Positions 12,010 through 22,600 of a DNA stretch of 64,000 nucleotides are shown here, piece by piece. Both the position numbers and the translations under genes were made by a program. Origin of the DNA: Camelus dromedarius (Eukaryota). Each line of letters opens with the position of its first letter. Within the stretch, counting starts at the first letter, position 1. A model generated the notes under the pieces. The model was given only the letters and a program-made list of their open reading frames with translations, ran no database searches and was not told the DNA's origin. Location: NCBI RefSeq assembly GCF_036321535.1, contig NC_087436.1, forward strand, positions 12,152,001 through 12,216,000. The letters run 5' to 3'.

Positions 12010-14689
12010 TTCACCTATTTTAAGGACCGTCAGTTAATGTTGTTAAAGTGCTTTGAAGATGAAAAGCAATAAATATATAAATAAACACACCTCAGACGCT
12101 TCGTATTGATTGGGGGTTGGTTTTACAGCGCAAAACTATTTTACTTTGCTTTAGTGGTTGGAAGAGCGATCCAAAGTGAGTTACCATGCCTGAAGCTGAA
12201 GGCCAAGGTCATTAATTATTGCCACCTGAGAGCCCAGTGCAGCTTACAAAATAAATCTGGCCTGGCCCCAGCACCAGACCCAGAGCATGATGGAGAGTTC
12301 AGAAATACAGAAAAACCAGTGTTCAAATGCAGCTGCAAATTGTGAATAGAGTTAAGTAAGTTATAAAATAACTTGGTGATTTTACAATGCATCGTAAAAA
12401 CTGATGTCAAACAAGTTTTATTTTTTTATTTTTTTTTAGTTTTTGAAGGTTATTTTACTTAATGTCATGCATGATAACCTAATAATTCTGCAAAAACTAT
12501 GGTTTACACATAATCTCTATTATTTTGCCTTCCATTCTTTATTTATCAAACAAATTTTCAATATACACCAACCAATCACCCAGCAACTTATCCTAGAGGT
12601 TGGTAGACAGTTCTTCCCGTCTTACTCAAAGATGTTGGCTTTGCTAAATCTAGGCTGTCAGAAATTTATTCTGAGAAGGTGAAGCAGTCAAGCAGCTATA
12701 AGGTACTCCTGCTATGTGAACATTCAGTAGTTTATAGGTAGGAAATGGAAAGGAGAGATAAACCCTGAAGTCACTGAGTCCTGTTAAGAATGCAGGCATT
12801 GTTCCTTTTCAATCTCCCTCCAGATCTTCCTTTTACCTTTGAAGGAATATCTTGCATTTCCCAATTATTTTGTAAATACTTATTACAAGTTTCTTTTCAG
12901 GGTCTCTGATGTGATTTTTCGTGCTCTCAGGGATATTTGTTATTTGTGGGTGGGAGGAGGTGAGGACTTAATAGCCACGGAGCTCCTGTCAAATACCATG
13001 TTCCATGCTAGATGATTTATGTACCGAATATATCTGCATCACAAGATAACCACATGAGATAAGCATTTCATTTTAAAGGTAAGAAAAATTAAGAAAGACT
13101 GTATCCAAAGACATCTAACAATTAGAGCAAAGATTCAAAGACATTTTCTAATCCTAAACTCTGCTTTTGTATTAAGTGTATAGATTTTTAAAATTAATTT
13201 TCACTTTTATTCTAGGGTTAAATGTTTCCTGTGGTGGCCTATTAGAATATTACTTAGATGGTTGAAATAAACTCAATTCTACTTTTGTCAGATAAAAAAT
13301 TATTTTGCACTAGGACATATGGACAGGCAAAATATGTATTTTGTAGGGTTCATGCATGGAAAAGATGTGGCCTTGATGAGAATAATGACGTGGATGCAGG
13401 CAGAGCAGGCACTTCTGTCCAGAATATCATCTGGGGAGTCAGGAAGGAACAATGCAAAGTGAGGCTTCACCAGAGATGGTGGGAAGACTGTAGCCTCCCA
13501 CCAGGACCAGAGGCTCTTGGCCACTGTCAGGCATGCAGGTCTTCACTGCCCAACAGTTGTCCACTGGATTAGCAGAGCTCCAAGCCCCCAAAGAACAGCC
13601 AGCTGTAGGAACCAGCGGAGGGTCAGAGGTTATGAGGTGACAGTAATATGTTCATGTATGACTCAAGTCCTTCTAACTCATTTCCTATCTTCAGAAGAGC
13701 ATGGGATCAGAAAAATGTTTGCAGGTGACTGACCCAGATAATGGGCCTTATGGAGTTTAGGCATCTCTTTCTCACAAGAGGCTGGTACTACTTCATTATT
13801 TTATTTTTAAAATTATTTTCATTGCCTTGAAAGTATATAGTAGGTTTTATAAAAGGCTTCGAGATCTGTTTTTTAATCTTCATGAGGAAGGTAGAATGAA
13901 ATGAAGTACAGATTTTATTTGATAGGAAAATTGTGTAGGAAAAATTGGGAGACCTACCTTGTGCTTATAATATGAAAATATGAACCCAAGACCATGTTAG
14001 CTAAGTTAAGGGGACAGAAAGTGGCCAGATGAATGGTATTCTGCATGTCAGTCAGAGAGGTAAATATACTTCCATAAATTGGGGAATTTACAAGCAACAC
14101 CAGCAATGTCACCTAAATCTTTATTTCAATTTGATAGGTTTTGTATTAGTGAAATTTTCAAACAAAACCGTCCTAGCTTTATTTAATTTGTAACCAGGTT
14201 TGTGTGTGGGTTGAATTTCTTGCGTGATGGTGGAAAAGCTTATAGTGTATAGGTTTTTCCCACAGATCACTAGGAAAATGCCAATCAATAATAATAACCA
14301 CCATTGGTAATGTGCTCACGCCTACCAGCAAGTACATTACGTGCATGATCTTACTATATCTTAGCTCAACCCTATCAGGTATTTCATTCTTATTTCAAAA
14401 AATTAGGAGAATGGAGCTAGCGGAGAAACTTGCCCAAAGCCAAATAGCTCCTCAGTGGCAAAGTCACTTAGAACTCCTGAGTTTTCTGCGGATGAAGCCT
14501 GTATGCCTAACCAGTTCTGTATTCTTAACCAGTGCTTCTCTCCAGCATAACCTTGAATCACTCTGCCTTAAAGTTACACCATTTAGGTTGAAGTGAAGGA
14601 GAAGGCGCTTTTCAAACAATGTATTTAAAAGGGCTGGAAATAGTTTGACATTTTACAACTTATTTAAGATGATATCAGCAAACAGATAC

Positions 14690-14890
14690 CGAAAGTGCAC
14701 TCTGCGGTAGGAACTGTAGGCACATCACATAGATTAACTAACTTAATCCTTATAACACTCTGTGAAATATTATGGAATAAGATTATCCCTGTTTTGTGGA
14801 TGAGGAAACTGAAGGCACATGAGGTTAAAAAGGTGGGTCCAAAGTTACCAAGCTATTAAGCAGAGGGATGGAATCTGGATTGAGAGACTA
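14690..14890 (-). mobile_element. MIR
   Basis: MIR core reverse complement: attatccctgttttgtggatgaggaaactgaaggcacatgaggttaa. Confidence 0.75.
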
Positions 14891-14891
14891 A

Positions 14892-15016
14892 GGTGGGAGG
14901 TACAGCTCAGTGGCAGAGTGCTTGCGTAATCAACACAAGATCCTGGGTTCAATCCTTAGCACCTCGATTAAAATAAATAAATACAACCTAACTACCTACC
15001 CCTCTAAAAAAGAAAA
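14892..15016 (+). mobile_element. Vic-1-type camelid tRNA-derived SINE
   Basis: A-box tacagctcagtggcagagtg, B-box gggttcaatcc, diagnostic tail aaataaataaatacaacctaactacctacccc plus A-tail; inserted into a MIR. Confidence 0.85.
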
Positions 15017-17806
15017 GTTAGTCTGCTGACTGAGCGACTACTTGCATGTGAGAGACCTGTGCCTCCTTGGCTATGTGCTCCGGGGACAACAGTGAGGATT
15101 CAGTACAGGCATAGACTTTGTAGAGTTGCATCCATCTGGTGGACTCGAACCTATCAGTCCCAGCAGGTGGGAAATGCGATGAGCCCTACTTGCTCCCTTC
15201 CATTCCCCCCATTTCCCTTTGGCAAAGCTGATGCCTGAATACAGAGTGCAATCATTTCCAGACGTAGTTAGGCAATAGTACGTGGTTTCTGAACAAACAA
15301 GTCAGTGGCTTTTCTTGAGACTTACACAGCAAGTAATGCTTAAATAAGAGACCAGACCAAAGTGTTGACAGCAAATACATGCAGTTTCTGTGTCCAAGCA
15401 TAGTCTTTCTGTGTTGTGCTCTGGAAACACGAATGGGTGATAAGCAGGTAGGTGAAGGAACAGAGCGCAATACAGGTGAGGTGGAAGGGGCAAAACGGCT
15501 GTCCACAGACAGTGTGGGGTCCGAGGACCTAAGAACTGAATTAGATCAGTACTTATCAAACATCAGTTAACCTTCATGGGCCACTATACTATTGACTTAA
15601 TTTCATTTAGCTACTAACTTGCTTTTTAATCTAAGCATCATTATAAGAAATACATATGCAACTGCAAATTTTGTTGATTATTTTTTCTAATATGCACAAA
15701 CATATGTAACTCCTTAATTTTTTTTTTAAGTTTATCACTGTGTTAACCCAAAATGATCTCCTGTAGCATCAGTAGCATTTGGGACATGAATTAAAATTAA
15801 GAGGTGCTGTGAAGAACTGCTCAGGGCTGAGAGAGAGCCTTAGAAGAAAGCAGGTAAAATAAAGCTTATGTATGCTGTAGAGGGTCACATGAGAATGGGG
15901 TGAAAGGGGAATTAAAAGGTCTGGAGTAGCTAAAAGCCATAAAAATTAAGGGTGTCTCTCCCACACAAAGGGCAGTTTGGTAACAAGGGCAGTGCATCCA
16001 GTCAGCAAGTACCAAGAAATGACCAGAGACTTTTAGATCAATAGCCCCTGCTCAGACCAGAATCCACTGCAAAAGGCAGGCTCTTTTCTTTGTCTTTATT
16101 TCCTAAGGAGATGTGTTTCTTTTTCTCAACGAACATCTTCCATAAAACTTTTGTTGTGAAACAAATATTGCCTTCTGTTCACTTTTTCATTCTTCCTCTA
16201 CTTGCTACTTAGAACACAGCAATGAGGGACAGATTTTTATTGAATGTAGTATCATTCTAATTAACAAGAGTTAGGAACATCTTGCAGTGGTGGTATATGA
16301 AATAATGTGACCTAAAAAATCATAGAATGTAAGATTTTTATAAAATCTTATAAAAGAAAAGAAAATGTGAGAGTCAAACACTATTGAGACCCAGAGACTC
16401 ATCTGAAAATATTTGACGTAGATGCATATAGGTTAATTCAGAAGAACAGCAGCATTAGTACAAAGTAGGATTTTTTTTTAAAGCCTTGAAGTAATAGGTT
16501 GCGCCACATGAAATTGCCAATATTTGCTATTTTTAATCTACAGATTAGATGGTTTCATGGAGCCAGTCTATATGCACACTACTTGGTTAGCAGGTTGACA
16601 GTGTTCCCAGGAGCGAGATTAAGGGAGAGAGGGAGACATTTTTTATTGCATATATGTCTGAGTTATCTTTTCTTTTCTTACAAGGAACATGAAGGGGAAT
16701 ATATTCGTATGTTCCTTGGTTTCATAGCAAAAAACGATCACAACTAGCTGATCTCAAATTGGCTAGATTAGAAAACAGACATTTCTAACTGACACTGTCT
16801 CCAAGGCAAGTTTATTTTAATTACTGTGATAGTAAACAGGATATACCAATTGGCATAGAAAGCACCTCTTGCTTCAGCTATCTTGGGTGGCTTCCTCCCT
16901 AAGATTGCTGGGGGGCGATGGGGTTCTGCCGCAAGTGGCAACGGTGGTGAGAGGCAGCTGCCAGCTAGAAGTAAGGTCCCTTCAGCATTCTCTTCAAGTA
17001 TTTCAGCTCTAAAGAAACATTTCTATATTTTGGTTTGAGGCTCTACTGTGTCTATTTTTCTAACTCTGGATTACAGATTTATAAAACTATAAAACTGAGC
17101 AATGATAAATTCTGTAAGGAAAACAGAATAGGCAGATGTCTCTATATGGTAACATATGTTTCAGGACAGATGTATGAAACATACTCATCACTGCAAAGTA
17201 AGTTGATGTTTAGGCAAACCCCAGGTACCAACTCTTGCAAACCCTCATATGATAAAATAGTCTAAGGAGATGTTTGCAGTCATTTCGGTTAACAAGGGAC
17301 ATTTTAAAGGTCTGGCAGTAGGGAATGGGGACACTGTCAGCAGCTCAAGAGGATCCTCTAAAGGAAAGTTGCATTTCCAGGGCTTTCAAATAGGCTAAGC
17401 AAAATACATTCTTGTTTAGCCCTGCACTAGAGGAACACCACTATTAATTATGCAAACACTTTTTTTTTTGATGGGTAAAAGAATTTGAGAATGACTCAGC
17501 AAGAGATTTCAAAACCAAATACTTCTACCTGCTTATTCAATGTGTTCTTTTCAGATCTGCTGTCTGTTTTATGATCTAGGATTAGAAGTTTGAGAGATCA
17601 ATGGAAGAGAGGCTCCATCACTGTAGTGGCTTCTGAGGAAGCCCCAGTTTTTGCCAGGAACATGGAATCAGTCAGTTCTATCCGGCCTCACATCCTTTTA
17701 CTCTCAGTTTAAATTGGAAATATTCGGTATTTCTTCAAGATTAGCCTCTGATTTTTCTTTAACAAACGTAAAACCTAGCCAAAGACTGGGTCTACCTGTC
17801 AAAGGG

Positions 17807-17810
<4 letters not shown>

Positions 17811-17860
<50 letters not shown>
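17811..17860. repeat. (GT)25 microsatellite
   Basis: 50 bp of uninterrupted GT repeats. Confidence 0.99.
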
Positions 17861-17863
<3 letters not shown>

Positions 17864-19091
17864 CATGCCTGTGTATATGGTGTTACCTTATTTCCCTCTA
17901 GATGAGACTGTATGTTGATGGTAACTCAGAAAAGGAGGGACAATTTAAATATTAAATTAAGATGCAACGGTAACAGAAGATTTTTTTTACAAGTCCCTGC
18001 TAGAGCGACAGTTCAAGATTTAGTTGGTAAAGGGAAGGCTTTTTCCCAATCATCAGTCCTTTGGAAATTTGGGGGGAGGAGAAGTCCTCTCACCTATTTT
18101 GGAAACTACTTGCAGATGTGGGGAAACCTCTGAATTGCTCACAACAGGGGTTTTGCAGAGATTTCCTCTGATTTTTTTTTTCCTTCCCCAATTTCCCACA
18201 GCCTGTGTTTGTCCTGCGTCTGCTAGGCTGACATGTGGTTTACCTCGCTAATCCTGCTGCCAGGTTTTACACACTCTCCTCTGAAGTAAAACAACTGAAG
18301 CCAAAGGATACTGAGCAACTCTGGGCATGGGCGCCAGAGCTGTCACAGAAAATTTGCTTCCCAAGTGTTCCTTCCAACTTCCCTTCCTGAGCCGGCGTGA
18401 GCCACAATGCAGCCCTTGGCGAGGTCTTCGCGTTTCCTGCTGCTGCAATCTGTAACTGGATTTTGGATTTTTTTTTTTTTTAAACTGCAGTTCTGAGTAT
18501 CTTAATTCTTAGCAAAACTTTGTCGGTTGGGGGACTTTGAAAAGCAGTCCGTTTCCTTACCTGAGGGGTGGAGGCCCAGGCACTTTTCTTCCCCTCGGGG
18601 CTGTACGGAGGCAGAGGCAACAAAGAGGAGACGCAAGCTCCTTGTTACTGGGGGGAAGTGGAGGTTGGAGCCGAGTTGTCATTATCCCTCGCCCACCCCC
18701 GGTCTGGCGCTGTCGGCTGGCACGTACATCATCTATTAACTGCTGTTCGCGGGACGCAGTGCGTGATATATTCATTTTTATCTTTAGTAAATTAGAAATG
18801 GAATTCTCGGCGCGCTCGCGTCTGTCTGCTCGTGTAGGGCTACCGAAAGGAGGCGGAGAGGAGGCTGTGGCCCGGATCCTGACCCTGATTGTATGAATAA
18901 GTAAGCAGGATGCAAGTGATTGGGTTAGATGCTGTGAAGAATTTTTTTTTTTTTTTCAAGTTAGGAAGAGGGTAAAAAGACAGCCTGGGGGGGAAAGGCA
19001 AACAGTGCATCCCCAAATCCTCCCACTTTCGTTCTTCTCGCAGTCAGTTGCTTTGCTGCTTCTGCGGCTTTTAAGGTCTGGCGGTGAAGGA

Positions 19092-19447
19092 ATGTCCGCC
19101 ACCCACCCGCGTTCGCGGTCCCCACTTTCAGCTCAGACGCGCTGATGTGCATACGGGGCTCGTCCTCCCACAGCGGCTCCGGGTCCCGGGTGCGGGGCGC
19201 GCGCGGGGCCTGAGCCCGGGGACCCAAGCCTGGGGTCCTGAGCCCAGGGCAGCCGCGGGAAGGACGGCCGCCTGGAGACAGCCTGGCCGCGCGCCCGCCC
19301 GGACCCGCTCCCCACCTGCCCCCGCCCGCCCGCCCGCCCGCCCGCGGCCCGCCACTTCGCCCGCGGCCCGCCACCTCGCCCGCGCGTGGGGACAGGCCGC
19401 CCTGCCCTCTCTCCGCCCGACGGCGCCCCATGTCCCCGGACACCTGA
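19092..19447 (+). other. Three upstream ORFs (19092-19145, 19145-19213, 19430-19447)
   Basis: Direct translation: MSATHPRSRSPLSAQTR*, MCIRGSSSHSGSGSRVRGARGA*, MSPDT*. Functional only if inside the transcript. Confidence 0.5.
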
Positions 19448-19514
19448 GCGCCGGCCGCGCCGAGGAGCCTCCCGCGGGGACAGGCGCCGGTGTCCTGCTT
19501 CCTTCGCGAGGAAG

Positions 19515-19683
19515 ATGGGGCTAGAGACGCTTTCCCCGGGGATGCTCGCGTGGCTGGTGGCCGCGGGGGCTGTCCTCTGCGCGGAGCTGGAGGTCTGCGC
19601 CGGCCTCGACTATGACTACACTTTCGGTGGCGACGGAGAGGACGAGGCGGAGGCGCTGGACTACAAGGACCCGTGCAAAGCCG
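19515..19683 (+). CDS. TLL1: Tolloid-like protein 1 (BMP1/tolloid astacin metalloprotease), coding exon 1: signal peptide and start of prodomain
   Basis: [56 protein letters not shown] matches the recalled TLL1 N-terminus (MGLGTLSPRML...[10 protein letters not shown]...DYKDPCKA); strong Kozak AAGATGG; 169 nt ending in phase 1 at canonical donor CCG|GTGAGT. Confidence 0.96.
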
Positions 19684-22600
19684 GTGAGTGCCCTCTCGGG
19701 GCGAGACGGCGGGGGCGCGGCTGGCGCGGCGAGAGTGCCGGGTCTCACCTGTCTCCTTCCCACCCCCTCCCCACCCCGAGGGGCCGCGCCGCCCCCGCTG
19801 CCGCAGCTCCGCGCCCGCAGGACCGGATGCCAAGCTCCGGCTCCCAGTTTGGGGATCTTCTGGAGTTCCGACCCTCCCCCTCCCCGCCCCGACGCGGCGC
19901 TACCAGCCGCAGACGCCGCCGCCGCCAGGGCTCTGAGCCCAGCGCCTGCGGCCCTCCGCGTCTCGGCCGGCGCCTCCCGGGTGCCGGGCGCCGGACGCCG
20001 GGGATCCCGCTCGCTGGCGAGCCGACTCCACGTCGGGACACCTTCGCCCCCTCTCGGTCAGGGTCTGGTGTGGGTCTTAGGCGACAGGGGGATGTCGACG
20101 CCCTCGAAAGCTCCCCGGCCGGATGGATTCGAGTGCATTTGCTCATTTCAAGAAAGCTTAAACACTTCCGAGTTGCCTTTCCATTCAAACTCCCCTTCGC
20201 TTTCAAACTTGCCCTCGCTTGCGCCCTGGGACCTGCTGTGGGACGCCCCACCCGGCGCTCCCCCCGCCGCCTGAGGTCGGAGCCACACGCCCTGGCTCTG
20301 GGCCCTGCTCTGCCGAGTTGAGGCCGAGGTGACCTGGGTTCGGTAAACCCACCATTCACCTTGCAAGGAAAGTGGTCACGAGGGTGCTGGGGCTGATCAG
20401 GTGAGTGTCTGTAAACAGAAGGCACACTCTGCCTCATCTCAAGAAGAAGGGAGGGCAAAGTCTCAAGGGTAGACTTGCCTCTCGGATTCTGTGCGGGTGG
20501 TCTGCGTGTGACTCGATTTCTCCCCTTCCGTGGCTAGGTAAACCTCTTCCCGTCTCTCTTGGACCTGAAGTTAGGAGAGATGGACGCAAATGAAGGGAAG
20601 TGCTGGAAATTCCCTTAACATGTACCTTTGATGACACATTGTTCTGACACGGAGGATGTGTTTGCGTTAAGGAGCCTTAAGTGTTGGCCTTATCAGATCT
20701 TTCTTGGGGCACTCTTACTGCATATACTTATTCAAAACTTGGAGGAGCTTAGCAGAAACATGTCAGTCTGGAATTCAGAATTCTGATTTCATTCAATTTG
20801 GTTTATAAGTTTTCTCATCACCTTGAACACAGTCCATTCCACCAGAAGTTTCCGGGGCCTTTCTTGCTGGTTTAGAGGACAAGACATCTTTCTGCTGCGG
20901 TGCATGAGTAGAAGCTGGCAGCCAGAATTCAGTACTATACAACTCCCTAAATCTACTTTTTATTGAGAAATTTGTTTTGAATAATGTTTGCAACTGGGTG
21001 AAAATTGAGGGCGCTCTTGTTTTAGGTAAGGTAGAAATGAAGGAAGTTATTTCTAAAGACTGTCTAGGAAAACACCCATTCAGATGCTTTTGTTGTGTGA
21101 AAGGTTTAACCAGCTACCAATATGAGAAAACCAGGGGATATGTATACATTGGTTTGATTTCAGGAAAATGTAGTTTTCTATATACATTAAGGTAAACGTT
21201 TATGCCTTGAAAAACCGTTAACTTCAAATATGAATATATTGTAAGAAGTGTCCAAAGTTAGCTAATACATTTTCAAACGTTATGTTGTTTCAGGCTTATC
21301 TTAGCATTAGAAATTGTCTAGAAGAGGCTTCTGTGAACATGTGCTTTTTTTTTTTTTCTATTTTAGAGTGTTTGCAATTTTAAAATTTAATTGTACCTTG
21401 TGTATTGAAACGCACCTCAAGCATAAATGTTTATTTTCCTTGGCACATGATCGTCTAGGCAAGGAAAAAAAAAACTAAGAGCATTTGCTTTTATTTTTCC
21501 TTTACTGCTGGTTTGTTTTTGAACAGAGCTGTTGAAGATAAAACAGCAAAAACAAGTTTGAGTGGATTATTACTCTAACCTTATTTCTTCCCTATCTTTG
21601 CATACTAGAAACAAACTTCTACATGTGTGTAGTGAAAGAGGAATGAGAATTGTCCATGTGGAAGACTGAGATGTAAGCCCCAAACCTGAGATCTCTTTTT
21701 AAATGATCAACCCTGCTTTTTTAACTTGGTGAAATGAAAAGCTTTGATTTACCATCCTGGCTCAAGAGTAGCAAAATCTTAGTGCATCCTTTTGGCACTG
21801 TGTAAGACAAATAAAGATTGTAATAAAAGGGAAAAGTATTAAATAATACATCAACATTCCAAACAAGAGTCAATAAAAGGTCACTAAAATAAAAAAGATG
21901 AAGACAGATATGTGAAAGATAGCCAGGAAGAAAACAAGACGGTGTGCCCTCTAGATTCTGGGGTTCCTTTGATCTGCACTTTCCCAAGAACAGAGTGGAG
22001 GGCATAGCCCACTGAATAAAATGCCCTTTTTGAACTTCCCTAATAGGGGTCCTAAAGTTCCTGAAACTATACGGTGGCTTAATGTCATAGTGACTAACGC
22101 GGTTTCAAAACACTTTGATTACATCATTTCAACTCAATACAACAGCCCAATATGGTGGAATTTGTTAATATTACCATTACACAGATAGGAAAACAAATGC
22201 TCTGTGAGGTCAAACACATTTGATAAGACTACCCAGAACTCAGTTCCAAGTCTCCTGGCTACAAAGTCTGCTCGTACAAATTAAACAATTACACTGTATT
22301 CTTAGCTGGCCTTTTGGAGGTCTTCCTTGAAATCCAAACAACAGAAATTCGTCCAGGTTATTAGACGAATAGACTAATAGAAATGCAGTTACCTTCACTA
22401 TCTGACATGAGTGAAATGACTAAGAACATAGTTTTATCTTTTCTAAACGCAGTTAGAACGTAAAGGACAGAGATCATAGCTGATTTTTAATATTTATCAC
22501 AGGGATGGATTACCACTGATAAATATCTAGTAAGTTCTCAATACCTTCTCAGTTTCTATAGACTATTAATATTGATCTTCATCCCTCATTTCCAAACTCC

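Larger units (their letters stand above)
18390..20345 (+). promoter_or_regulatory. TLL1: CpG island / TLL1 promoter and 5' leader
   Basis: Sharp rise in GC and CpG density (core about 19080-20340) spanning coding exon 1; multiple GC boxes including (CCCG)6 at 19321-19344. TSS cannot be fixed from sequence alone. Confidence 0.9.

Noticed and set aside
19659..19682. DYKDPCKA resembling a FLAG tag (DYKDDDDK)
   Set aside because: This is the native conserved tolloid prodomain motif, not an engineered tag.
19386..20321. 311-aa ORF running through TLL1 exon 1 into the intron
   Set aside because: Only 19515-19683 resembles TLL1. A consensus donor follows, and the downstream R/P/G/A-rich read-through is explained by stop-codon scarcity in a CpG island.
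18961..20458. Long overlapping ORFs on both strands (290, 237, 220, 146 aa)
   Set aside because: Low-complexity GC-driven translations with mostly non-ATG starts and no recognisable domains.
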